Below, piece by piece: positions 54,802 to 63,906 of a stretch of 64,000 nt of DNA. Under the pieces are notes generated by a model. That model did no database searches. It worked only from the letters and a program-made list of their open reading frames with translations, and was not told where the DNA came from. The stretch is taken from contig JAGDWD010000005.1 of the NCBI GenBank assembly GCA_023255955.1, positions 14,384-78,383 of the forward strand. Reading direction: 5' to 3'. Position 1 is the stretch's first letter, and each line of letters opens with the position of its first letter. The translations under genes and the position numbers were made by a program. The stretch comes from Desulfurococcales archaeon (GTDB taxonomy: Archaea; Thermoproteota; Thermoprotei_A; Sulfolobales; NBVN01).

Positions 54802-55943
54802 CTCGAGAAAATAGCTACTACAGCTGTGGACCCAGTCCCTCCGTGGTTCTCCATGAGACCCCTCTCAGCACCCTTAACCTGCCTCTCACCCGCCTCACCC
54901 CTCAACTGCCAGAACAGCTCAGCCGCCATACCAACACCAGTCGCACCGATAGGGTGCCCCTTAGATTTCAGCCCACCGCTAGGGTTGACAGGCTTGGAAC
55001 CGGTGAATGCGGTAATCCCCTCCTTCAGTATCTTCACACCCTCACCCCTCTGAGCTAAGCCAAGCATCTCGTACGCTATTAACTCGGACACTGTGAACGC
55101 GTCATGCACCTCCAGGACATCTACGTCCCTTACCGTAAGCCCGGAAGCATTGAAGGCCTCTCTAGCAGCTGCGGAGATAGCCTTCAACGCGGTTATATCG
55201 TCCCGCTCGAAAATCCCGGCAGTATCGTGAGCCAGCCCGATACCCTCTATATAGACCGGGGTATCAGTGAACTTCTTCGGCTCCCCGCTCACTAGGAGGG
55301 CTACGGCTCCATCACTTACTAGCGAGCAGTCGTAAAGTTTCAAGGGCCATGAGACGTAGGGGGACCTCATCACGTCCTCCACAGTCACCTTCCTACGCAT
55401 AGCAGCTAACGGATTTCTAAGCCCGTTCTCATGGTTTTTAACTGCTACGAGAGCTAGATCCTCCTCAGTAACTCCGTACCTATCCATGTATGCCTTAGCT
55501 ATGAGAGCGTAGAGGGAGACGAAGGGGACCCCGGCAACCACCTCTTCAGGGTGCCCGGCAGCCATTAGAACCTCGTTTGCTTCAGCACTCGTAGGTTGGT
55601 AACTCATCTTCTCGAAGCCTACTATGAGGACGTTCCTAGCTAGTCCCGCCCTTATCATGTTCCAAGCTAAGTAGATAGCTGTCCCACCAGACGCGCAGGC
55701 ATTCTCAACTCTAAATCCTTTGCTAGCACCAACCTTGGAGGCTACGTAGGGTGCTGTGTGGAGTATCCCACCAAACCTATCGGAGAAGCTTGAGGTTATT
55801 ACTAGGTCTATATCCCCCTTACCCACACCCTTCTCCACAGACCTGAGAAGCCCCTGAACAACCTCATCTATCAGCTCCCAAGCCTCCTTCTCGGATCTAA
55901 GCTCGTATTTAGTACTGTAAGTAGCTACTATACCCACCTTCAA
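54798..55943 (-). CDS. thiolase-like protein (SCP-x/archaeal acetyl-CoA acetyltransferase type)
   Basis: 381 aa; ENACASGGTA (Cys), VNPSGGLKSKGHPIGATGV, ENHGGTGS. It overlaps the OB-SDR gene by 4 nt. Confidence 0.85.
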   Translation of the reverse strand: MKVGIVATYSTKYELRSEKEAWELIDEVVQGLLRSVEKGVGKGDIDLVITSSFSDRFGGILHTAPYVASKVGASKGFRVENACASGGTAIYLAWNMIRAGLARNVLIVGFEKMSYQPTSAEANEVLMAAGHPEEVVAGVPFVSLYALIAKAYMDRYGVTEEDLALVAVKNHENGLRNPLAAMRRKVTVEDVMRSPYVSWPLKLYDCSLVSDGAVALLVSGEPKKFTDTPVYIEGIGLAHDTAGIFERDDITALKAISAAAREAFNASGLTVRDVDVLEVHDAFTVSELIAYEMLGLAQRGEGVKILKEGITAFTGSKPVNPSGGLKSKGHPIGATGVGMAAELFWQLRGEAGERQVKGAERGLMENHGGTGSTAVVAIFSR

Positions 55944-55989
55944 TGTCTAACTCCACCTATGTTACCGCTCCACAGCATTAAACTAGTTT

Positions 55990-56006
55990 TGTTTACTACT
56001 GTTTAC
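55990..56006. promoter_or_regulatory. direct repeat TGTTTAC-N3-TGTTTAC upstream of the thiolase operon
   Basis: TGTTTAC occurs at 55990-55996 and 56000-56006 (10-bp phasing). On the minus strand it sits immediately upstream of a TTTAAT TATA-like box, ~47-63 nt from the ATG at 55943. Confidence 0.4.
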
Positions 56007-56055
56007 AGCGAAAACATCGTTCTTCGGGTAGGGGAGAGGTCGGCTAACTCCGCAA

Positions 56056-56820
56056 CTAGCTCCTCTTCGCATGCTTTGAGGTGTTACTGATTCGAGGCCT
56101 CGAGTGGGAGAACCCATCAAACGTACTTAGGGAGAGGCTCACTAGGTTCCTCTCAGCTCTCCGGAGAGTCTTAGCGGCAGCTATTCTCGAGATTCCATGC
56201 TTCCTAGCTATCTCAGCTATACCTGCCCTCCTAGGCCAGTCATAGTAACCTAGCTCCAGGGCGGTAGATAGAAGTTTTATCTGCTTATCAGTCAGCTTGT
56301 TCAGCCCTCCAGAGACGAAGAACAGCATGTCCACGTAGTTGACCTGTGATAGTGTGAGCTCCGAGATCTCGGCTAGCCTGTACTTCTCTATATAATCAAC
56401 CTCGGAGACTCTCTTCATAAACTCTCTTAAGTCCCTAGATGTATGGAAACCTAGGGTCCACCTCTCGAAGCCGTCCATAGCTATCCAAGCAGTTAAAGGC
56501 ACGGCATCGTAGTTTACGGCAGCCTCCATAGTGCTGGTCTTCTCTATTAACATACGTAGCTTGATCTGGTTCTTCCTTCTCTGAATTATCTCATACGACT
56601 TCACATTCCTTATTGAACCTAACTTACTCATGGATCTACCGAGAACATGTTCATCACCGAAGATAACGACGTAAATCCTCTCAAGTCCTCTCTCTATCTC
56701 CGTTACGTTAGCACCTACTACTATGATCTTAGAATCCCGCACGTTCTCAGTTAACTGAACTACCGGGCAGTCATACTGGACTATATCGAAAGCACCTACA
56801 TGCAAACTCTTAAGTCCCAT
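56056..56820 (-). CDS. HTH_10 (Bat-type) DNA-binding transcriptional regulator
   Basis: C-terminal LTDKQIKLLSTALELGYYDWPRRAGIAEIARKHGISRIAAAKTLRRAERNLV. Confidence 0.75.
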   Translation of the reverse strand: MGLKSLHVGAFDIVQYDCPVVQLTENVRDSKIIVVGANVTEIERGLERIYVVIFGDEHVLGRSMSKLGSIRNVKSYEIIQRRKNQIKLRMLIEKTSTMEAAVNYDAVPLTAWIAMDGFERWTLGFHTSRDLREFMKRVSEVDYIEKYRLAEISELTLSQVNYVDMLFFVSGGLNKLTDKQIKLLSTALELGYYDWPRRAGIAEIARKHGISRIAAAKTLRRAERNLVSLSLSTFDGFSHSRPRISNTSKHAKRS

Positions 56821-56834
56821 GTAGTATACGTCCT

Positions 56835-56864
56835 GAAACTTTTTTAAGTTTCTAATATAGAAAC
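56835..56864. promoter_or_regulatory. nested palindromes GAAACTT-TTTT-AAGTTTC and TTTCTA-ATA-TAGAAA in the regulator promoter
   Basis: GAAAC 56835-56839, GTTTC 56848-56852 and GAAAC 56860-64 are spaced 12-13 bp apart. They overlap the A/T-rich TATA region 15-44 nt upstream of the ATG at 56820. Confidence 0.45.
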
Positions 56865-56902
56865 GCCTACAGATACTTTAGATTATTTGTCGAAATGTTC
56901 TG

Positions 56903-57781
56903 CTAGTGATTACTCATAGGGTTACTACGTATAAATCCGGTAAGCAGGTAGTTGACGGTGCCCGGCTTTTCAAGGACGACTGCGTGGCCGGCTTCCCTCA
57001 CTTCCACGTAGGTAGAGTTAGGTATAGATCTAGCTATTATCTTAGAGTACTTAGGAGGCTTTACTCTATCCTCCTCGGCTGCGACTACTAGTGTAGGTAC
57101 ATCTATATCTTTAAGTAGCTGTGTGATGGGGTTCTCTGATAACCTCAAGAATGATTTCAGTAGGAAGGTAGCGGCATCGAAGTCGAACTTCTGGGAGGAG
57201 AAGTACTCTACGAGCCGCGTAAAGAAGGTCCTATCCTGTCGTGATATGAAGTTCTCTGAGTAGACATCATTGATCCACGATAGGACGAACTTTCTAGGAT
57301 CACGTGACATAGCTCCTTCCAGCCACCTCAGCGCGGTCAGTCTAAGAGCTTCATGTACCTCGCTAACGGAGGTTATGATCGATAGGTCGTTGACGTACTC
57401 CCTATACTTTAAGGCGAACACCATAGCAACTTCACCACCGTATGATGTCCCAACAAGGTGGACCTTCCTAAACCCTAGAAAGTCGAGGAGGTTTCGCAGG
57501 TCCTCAGCGTGGATTTCGAGACTATATGCTTTCTCGTCTCTAGGTTTATCGGACTCCCACTGACCCCTCATATCGTGAAGTACTACGGTATAGCCATACC
57601 TAGCTAGGTGATTTCTCTGGAAGACCCAGCTAGCGGTGCTCATGAATATTCCGTTGAGGAGTACTACTGGCTCTCCCTGCCCTACAACCTCGTAGTATAT
57701 CCTTACGTCAGATACATTAACAAAAGGCAGTGAGCTCACCCCGGCTACCGTGAGGCTACCTCGTACTACCGCTCTACCCAC
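56903..57781 (-). CDS. alpha/beta-fold hydrolase
   Basis: 292 aa; nucleophile elbow GTSYGG, HDMRGQWES, C-terminal GHAVVLEKP. It overlaps the KASIII-like gene by 16 nt. Confidence 0.8.
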   Translation of the reverse strand: MGRAVVRGSLTVAGVSSLPFVNVSDVRIYYEVVGQGEPVVLLNGIFMSTASWVFQRNHLARYGYTVVLHDMRGQWESDKPRDEKAYSLEIHAEDLRNLLDFLGFRKVHLVGTSYGGEVAMVFALKYREYVNDLSIITSVSEVHEALRLTALRWLEGAMSRDPRKFVLSWINDVYSENFISRQDRTFFTRLVEYFSSQKFDFDAATFLLKSFLRLSENPITQLLKDIDVPTLVVAAEEDRVKPPKYSKIIARSIPNSTYVEVREAGHAVVLEKPGTVNYLLTGFIRSNPMSNH

Positions 57782-58761
57782 CTGAAGGCTACAGCTCCCT
57801 GCTGATACCCCACTCCTGAAGCAACGAATATCACGACCTTACCCTTCTCGATCTTTCCCTGCTCGATAGCGTCGTGTAGAGCCATATACACACACGCTGA
57901 CCCGGTATAGCCGAACTTATCCATAACCCAGTGGGTCTTCGTCTCCGGGAGGCCTAAGCCCTTCATCACGTCAAGGATGGTCTTTAGCCGTACCTGTGTG
58001 AATATTATCTGGGTAATATCATCGAGACCTATGTTTGCTTGGTTCATGACGTCTCTTATTAGTACCGGCCAGTACTGATCGTTCACTGGTGGGTAGGCTT
58101 TTCTCAGGTCTAGGAAGGGTAGGTTCTCGTCTGAGATCTGCTCAGCTACGGGCTTCCAAGCACCTAGGAAGATTCCCCAGTAGTCCCAGAAACTCCCATC
58201 AGCACGTAACTTACCTGCTAGGTAGCCAGGTTCTTTCGAGCTAGTTAGAACGACGGCTCCGGCACCGTCCGAGAATATCCACTCCCACATGAACTTCCAT
58301 CTGAGGAACCTAGTCATAGCGTAAACACCTATTACCAGTATGTTCCTGTACTTTGGATTACCTGCTATTATAGAGGAAGCTAGCTCGAGCATGTAGACCG
58401 GGTTAGCGCAGGATGCGTTAACGTCGAAGGAAGGTATCTCATAGCTACTACCACCAAGTAGGTTCAGGACTTTGGGGGCTGTTGGGGGAGATATAGCCTC
58501 CGGGGTGTCGGTACCTAGAATAATCATGTCTATGTCCTCGATGGTCATACCTGCCCTCTCAAGAGCCATGGAGGCTGCTTTAGCAGCCATAGTTGCTGGT
58601 GTCTCCTCAGGTGGGGCTATTCTCTTCACCCTCAACCCGGTTCTCTCTATGAATAGGGGATCAACCTTTATCCCAGTCTTCCTCTCGAAGTCCTCCGGAG
58701 TCATAACTATAGGTGGTACATAGATCCCTGTAGAGGCTATGGCAGCATATCTTTCAGGCAA
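57766..58761 (-). CDS. 3-oxoacyl synthase III (FabH/KASIII)-like condensing-enzyme homologue with atypical active-site positions
   Basis: 331 aa; DVNASCANPVY (Cys context), SDGAGAVVL, C-terminal GVGYQQGAVAFRW. By-eye alignment puts IFTQVR and GYTGSA where FabH has HQAN and GNTSAAS. Confidence 0.7.
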   Translation of the reverse strand: MPERYAAIASTGIYVPPIVMTPEDFERKTGIKVDPLFIERTGLRVKRIAPPEETPATMAAKAASMALERAGMTIEDIDMIILGTDTPEAISPPTAPKVLNLLGGSSYEIPSFDVNASCANPVYMLELASSIIAGNPKYRNILVIGVYAMTRFLRWKFMWEWIFSDGAGAVVLTSSKEPGYLAGKLRADGSFWDYWGIFLGAWKPVAEQISDENLPFLDLRKAYPPVNDQYWPVLIRDVMNQANIGLDDITQIIFTQVRLKTILDVMKGLGLPETKTHWVMDKFGYTGSACVYMALHDAIEQGKIEKGKVVIFVASGVGYQQGAVAFRWVER

Positions 58762-58868
58762 GTACGTCCCCGTAGAACTTCACTAAGACGTTTAATATTA
58801 GTGAGTTTTCCTAGGTAAACCCAGAATTATAACCGAAAGCCTCGCCCTTCAGGGAGGGGGAGATATCA

Positions 58869-59573
58869 TCACATTCCTAGGTAGTGTTCTCGAAGTACAT
58901 CTACTTTCACAACTTCCTGTGGTTTCCCGCTTCTCACTATAGAGCCCATCTCAATAACATATACCGTGTCAGCTAACTCAAGTACTAGGGTCGGATCCTG
59001 CTCAGCTATGACTAACGACATCCCGAAACGCTCCCTTATATCCCTCAGAGCCTCCGCTAGCTTCCTCCTCATTAAGGGTGCGAGCCCGGCAGAAGGTTCA
59101 TCTAGAATCATGAGGTCCTTAGCTGTCAGTATAGCAGTCGCTATAGACAACATCCTCTGCTCACCACCACTTAAAGTCCTAGCTAACTGGTTCCTCCTCT
59201 CATCGATTATCCTGAAGATTTTCGTAACCTCGCTGAGCCTGTCCTCACCGTGTTCTGATGTTCTTAGAGCTAGCTCTACGTTCTCCCACACTGTTAGCGA
59301 CCTCAGTATACCCCCTCTCTCAGGTACGTACCCTATCCCCAGTTTCGAGATCTTATGTGCTGGTAGCCCGGTAATGTCCACTCCCCTATACATAACCCTC
59401 CCACTCCACGGCCTCACATAGCCCAGGATAGACCTTATAAGAGTCGTCTTCCCCGCTCCGTTCGGGCCTATTATTCCGATAACCATCCCAGGTCCGACCG
59501 AGAGGCTGACACCTCTAACGACAGTGGTCTTGCCGTAGCCGGTAGTGAGGTCTTTGACTTCCAGTACGTTCAA
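58869..59573 (-). CDS. livF: branched-chain amino acid ABC transporter ATP-binding protein (LivF-like)
   Basis: GPNGAGKTT, LSGGEQRML, LMILDEPSAGLAP. Confidence 0.88.
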   Translation of the reverse strand: MNVLEVKDLTTGYGKTTVVRGVSLSVGPGMVIGIIGPNGAGKTTLIRSILGYVRPWSGRVMYRGVDITGLPAHKISKLGIGYVPERGGILRSLTVWENVELALRTSEHGEDRLSEVTKIFRIIDERRNQLARTLSGGEQRMLSIATAILTAKDLMILDEPSAGLAPLMRRKLAEALRDIRERFGMSLVIAEQDPTLVLELADTVYVIEMGSIVRSGKPQEVVKVDVLREHYLGM

Positions 59574-60301
59574 CTTACGCCACCCCCGAGATAGACTTGA
59601 ATTACTTCTCTATCTTTAATGGCCTCGGAAGGAGGTCCCTCAAATATCTTAATGCCGTTATTGAGGACTACAACCCTCTCAGCTAATTTCATGAGGTACC
59701 TCAGCTTATGCTCGACTATGATGAATGTGACACCCAGATTGTTTAGTTTGTTGATTATCTTAATCACTTCCTCAACCTCCTCTGCTGAGAGACCGGCAAA
59801 AGGCTCGTCCAGTAGCACGAGCTTGGGGTTCGTTACGATGGCTCTAGCTATCTCCACCATCCGTAACTTAAACGGTGTGAGGTTAATTGGGAGCTCAACT
59901 GCTTCAGCTATGAGCTTAGTGACTGTTAATGCCCAGTTAGTTTTAGCCCTCGCGATTTCTGGGTCTCTGTATACGGACCGGGCTGATAACGCTACGTTGT
60001 AGTAGACTGGGAGGTAGGGGTAGACTCTAGAGCCTTGGAACGTCCTGGATATCCCTAGGGAGACCCTGACATGTGGTTTAAGCTTGCTTACGTCCTTACC
60101 GTCGAATATGACTCTACCGTCATCTGGTAGTAGAACCCCTGAGATCACGTTGATTAGCGTGGTCTTCCCAGAGCCGTTAGGGCCGATTATACCTAGTATC
60201 TCACCTTTCCCAACCTCGATCGATACGTTGTTGAGAGCTACCAGCCCACCAAACCTCTTAGTTACACCCTCGCATACCAGTAAGCTACTCAAGCTGATCA
60301 C
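59570..60301 (-). CDS. livG: branched-chain amino acid ABC transporter ATP-binding protein (LivG-like)
   Basis: GPNGSGKTT, LVLLDEPFAGLS. Confidence 0.88.
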   Translation of the reverse strand: MISLSSLLVCEGVTKRFGGLVALNNVSIEVGKGEILGIIGPNGSGKTTLINVISGVLLPDDGRVIFDGKDVSKLKPHVRVSLGISRTFQGSRVYPYLPVYYNVALSARSVYRDPEIARAKTNWALTVTKLIAEAVELPINLTPFKLRMVEIARAIVTNPKLVLLDEPFAGLSAEEVEEVIKIINKLNNLGVTFIIVEHKLRYLMKLAERVVVLNNGIKIFEGPPSEAIKDREVIQVYLGGGVS

Positions 60302-61332
60302 CGCCAGGTTACGGAGCTTAACTTCGTAGCTATGGCTTTCCTAAGCTTTAGATAGATGTGGAAAACCACCCCTTGCGGCTTCAGTATTACTAGCACTATC
60401 AGGAGGAGCATGTAGGCTATAGTCCTCCACCTACCTATAGCATCCCATAGCAGCTCATACGCTACGATAGTTATGTAGTTCGTTGCTAGAGGGCCTATTA
60501 TGGTCCCCATACCCCCCAGTATCACAGCTGTTAGTGGCGGGACCAAGGTGTTGGCAGGGATTAAGACGTCAACGGTGACTGGTGGTCTGATAGCGGCGTA
60601 GAGAGCTCCAGCAGTAGCTGCTAGAGTGCTGGATACCAGGAAGCCCAGCAACTTAACTCTAGTGGTGTCTATACCGGAGGCTTCTGCTAGCTCCTCGTCC
60701 TGCCCTATAGCCCTAAGCATGAACCCGAAATTAGAGTATGCTAGCTTGTAGGATAGCACCGCAGCAACTATTGTGAGGGCTGTTGTTAGGTAGAACCACG
60801 TTAGCTGGAGGAACGGGATCCTCTCCCTGGGTGGTAACATCCTCGCGTATGATGAGAAGAGAGATGGGAGTGGGATACCGCCTTCACCCCCTAGGTAGAG
60901 TGAGAGTGGTTGAGACGTTATGAGGCTTACCATAATTAGTGGGAGGAGTAGGGAGAGTACGGAGAAGTACACCCCTCTAACTCTTATGCTTGGTAGGAAT
61001 ATTACTGTACTGAGAGCTATTGCTACAGCTATTGCCGGGATAATAGAGTATTCCGGGACCATACCTAGGTATCTGTAGAGGAGAGCTACTACGTACGCTG
61101 AGCTACCGGCTATGAATGATATCCCGAGATTTAAGTAGAACGTAGTCCCGGAGTAGAGGTCGAGGGATAGTGTTAGGAGAGCGAATATGTTTGCTCTAGT
61201 AAGCACATCCAGCCAGAATCCGCGGATCCCCAGTAAGGGTATGCAGGAGTAGGCGACCATGATCGTTATTGACGGTACGTACCTCACTAGCCTCCTCTTA
61301 ATTGAGGGCTTAGCGAAAGCCAAGCTACTCAC
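60298..61332 (-). CDS. livM: branched-chain amino acid ABC permease (LivM-like)
   Basis: 344 aa polytopic protein; AIGQDEELAEASGID loop. Confidence 0.85.
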   Translation of the reverse strand: MSSLAFAKPSIKRRLVRYVPSITIMVAYSCIPLLGIRGFWLDVLTRANIFALLTLSLDLYSGTTFYLNLGISFIAGSSAYVVALLYRYLGMVPEYSIIPAIAVAIALSTVIFLPSIRVRGVYFSVLSLLLPLIMVSLITSQPLSLYLGGEGGIPLPSLFSSYARMLPPRERIPFLQLTWFYLTTALTIVAAVLSYKLAYSNFGFMLRAIGQDEELAEASGIDTTRVKLLGFLVSSTLAATAGALYAAIRPPVTVDVLIPANTLVPPLTAVILGGMGTIIGPLATNYITIVAYELLWDAIGRWRTIAYMLLLIVLVILKPQGVVFHIYLKLRKAIATKLSSVTWR

Positions 61333-62179
61333 CTCTACCGAGAAGCCCTTGAGGCCTCACTACGAGGGTTAGAACTACTATCAGTAGGGGGACGACCCTA
61401 GCTATCCCCCCTCCCAGAAAGTACACCACGGCCTGCTCCAACAACCCGTAAATCACGGAAGCCACTACGGTACCGATGAGATTACCGACACCACCTAGCA
61501 CTACGATAGCGAAGGCCGCGAAGAGAGGTGACCACCCAGCAGATGGAGTCATGGCTTTGAGTGGGGCTAGAAGCACCCCGGTTACTCCTGCGTATATTCC
61601 GGTAACTAAGAATGTTACTCTAAGTACTCTCAGGGGGTCTATTCCAAGTCTCATAGATTCCTCCCAGCTCTCAGCTACGGCCCTGATAGCTCTCCCAGTG
61701 CTTGTTCTAAGCAGGAATATTGTTAGTGATATCACCATGAGGATGCAGACCCCGACCACGAGTAGCCAGTGATTACTTACTGCTATCCCCAGAATAGAGG
61801 ACGTTCCGGGGTATAGAGAGAGGACTACTGGTCTAAGACCCATCAACATGTTGAGGACCTCCTCAACGATGTATGCTACAGCCATAGTGGTTATGAAGAC
61901 ACTGACCGGCATTTTCAGGGCCGGCTTCACCACTAGCTCACCTACTACGAGACTTACAGCACCAGCTAGTAGCACAGCGGTAGGTACAGCCCAGTACATC
62001 TCCAGGCCGGCATAGCTAGATAAGGCGTGAGCCAGATATGAAGAGAGTACGTAGAGGGATCCGTAAGCTAGGTTAGGTAGTCGGGCGACACCGAAGACTA
62101 GTGAGAAACCGAGAGAGAAAACAAGGTATGTTACTGAGTGGAACAAACCAAAAAGAAGTATGTACTCTAACTCCCCCAT
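61325..62179 (-). CDS. livH: branched-chain amino acid ABC permease (LivH-like)
   Basis: 284 aa polytopic protein; LAYGSLYVLSSY, RAIRAVAESWEESMRLGID loop. Confidence 0.85.
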   Translation of the reverse strand: MGELEYILLFGLFHSVTYLVFSLGFSLVFGVARLPNLAYGSLYVLSSYLAHALSSYAGLEMYWAVPTAVLLAGAVSLVVGELVVKPALKMPVSVFITTMAVAYIVEEVLNMLMGLRPVVLSLYPGTSSILGIAVSNHWLLVVGVCILMVISLTIFLLRTSTGRAIRAVAESWEESMRLGIDPLRVLRVTFLVTGIYAGVTGVLLAPLKAMTPSAGWSPLFAAFAIVVLGGVGNLIGTVVASVIYGLLEQAVVYFLGGGIARVVPLLIVVLTLVVRPQGLLGRGE

Positions 62180-62188
62180 CTTGGAACC

Positions 62189-63592
62189 CTACGGCCAAGG
62201 TATCTCCAACCATACCCTAGTTCCGTCCTTAAGAGTAGGTAGAAGTAGCTTCGTCCCGGACTCAACTACTCGGAACGGCCACACAACAACTCTCTTACCT
62301 CTCTGCCACTGGAAATAGACTGGGTAGATCCTGTCGGGAGCTAGCTTAGCTGTGTGGCTCCTAGTGAACTCGTAGACTCCGGTTGCCCCGACGAATGTTG
62401 AGGTCTCCAACACCTTAATTACCTTATCCACGTCGAAGGTACCAGCTTTCTTAACAGCCTCAGCCCACACGATTACTGAGTCGTAGGCGTACCATGCCGT
62501 AAACAACGGCTCGGTTCCTACACGCTGCTTGAATTTGTTGTAGAATTCCATTGTTTTAGGTGTTATTGGGGCTGGGAACCCCCAGGATATGCATATGAGT
62601 CCCTCAGCCGCCCCCATAGTCTGGTTATAGAAGACGTCGAGCATAGCGTACGTCCCTCCTCCCACAGCTAGTAGCGGGATCTGACCTATGAAGTAGTCCC
62701 TAGCGAACGCGTAGTCCTCCGTACTGGAGAACTGCCAGGTGATGTACTGAGCTCCGGAGGCCATGACCTTAGCGAACACGTCCGTAAACGACCCTATATC
62801 CGGTGGTACACCTATGGAGATAGTGACCTCCACCCCCTCTAGCTTAGACCTGTTCTGACCGTAGAGTGCATGGGGGATAACCCACGGGAGGTCCTCATAT
62901 ATCCAAGCTACCTTAGTCCACCCGAATCTCCTGGAGAGATATGCTAGCAGGTCCCACGTCGCAGCAGCCTGTGATGTAGCGTTAACGTAGGCCCTGAACC
63001 AGTACTTGTAGAGCTCGTAGTTCCCCAGTACTTTGAGGTCTATAGCGTCACTTACAGCACCCGATGCTATTACAGGGACCTCGTAGAGTGGGAGGAGGTC
63101 CAATATTGCTAGAGCTTCGTGCGACCCGAAAACACCGAATATTACCTTAACCCCCTCATCAGCAAGCTTCTTATAGCCCTCAGCAGCTTTATCGCCGGAC
63201 CACTGGGTATCGTAGTAAACTAACTCGACTTTATATCCTAGGACGCCTCCCGCGTTGTTTATCTCCTCTATAGCTATTTCTATAGCTTTCAGCATTAAGG
63301 TACCTATAGGTAGATTCATAGGTAGGAGAGCACCGACCTTCACAGTCCCTACAAATTGTGGGGTAGTGACTGTAGGTGTTGGCTGGGTTGTAGTTATTAC
63401 CGATGTGAGGACATGTGTTACCGTAGCTAACACGGTCCTTGTTTCAGCCCTAGTGACTGTCACAGTGGGTTGAGCTGTAGGTGGCTGTACCGTAGTTTGA
63501 CCTAGTAAATATCCTACTACACCGGCTACTACAATTAACAGTATAAGTACTGCCTGGATTATCTGAGGTTTCAATTTTTTACCCCGATACAA
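62189..63592 (-). CDS. Liv-type (type I periplasmic-binding fold) substrate-binding protein, N-terminally anchored with a Thr-rich linker
   Basis: 467 aa. A TM helix is followed by PPTAQPTVTVT...TTTQPTPTVTTPQ and an ANF-receptor/Peripla_BP_6-like body (VKVGALLP...). Confidence 0.8.
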   Translation of the reverse strand: MYRGKKLKPQIIQAVLILLIVVAGVVGYLLGQTTVQPPTAQPTVTVTRAETRTVLATVTHVLTSVITTTQPTPTVTTPQFVGTVKVGALLPMNLPIGTLMLKAIEIAIEEINNAGGVLGYKVELVYYDTQWSGDKAAEGYKKLADEGVKVIFGVFGSHEALAILDLLPLYEVPVIASGAVSDAIDLKVLGNYELYKYWFRAYVNATSQAAATWDLLAYLSRRFGWTKVAWIYEDLPWVIPHALYGQNRSKLEGVEVTISIGVPPDIGSFTDVFAKVMASGAQYITWQFSSTEDYAFARDYFIGQIPLLAVGGGTYAMLDVFYNQTMGAAEGLICISWGFPAPITPKTMEFYNKFKQRVGTEPLFTAWYAYDSVIVWAEAVKKAGTFDVDKVIKVLETSTFVGATGVYEFTRSHTAKLAPDRIYPVYFQWQRGKRVVVWPFRVVESGTKLLLPTLKDGTRVWLEIPWP

Positions 63593-63906
63593 TCTCTACA
63601 GCGACTAAAAACCCTTTAATTTACAGCTGAAAGTCAGGCCTTTTTAAGCAGATGAAATGTAGTTAAAGATTACTTGGATTCTAAAATAGGGGTTGCCCAT
63701 TCGATTTCTAGGAATTAAGCCCTACGTGCTCTTACTCTACATACCGGACTAGAACATGCCTAGCTGATGGGGCCACGACAATCAGATTATACCACCACGA
63801 TTTCATGGCGTCCTTGAGAGCGCGAATGAGTTGGAAGCCTCTGGATAAGGTGAGCAAACATAAACCGATGAAAATGAGCATCTAAGGACAAAGAGGGTAG
63901 TGTAAG

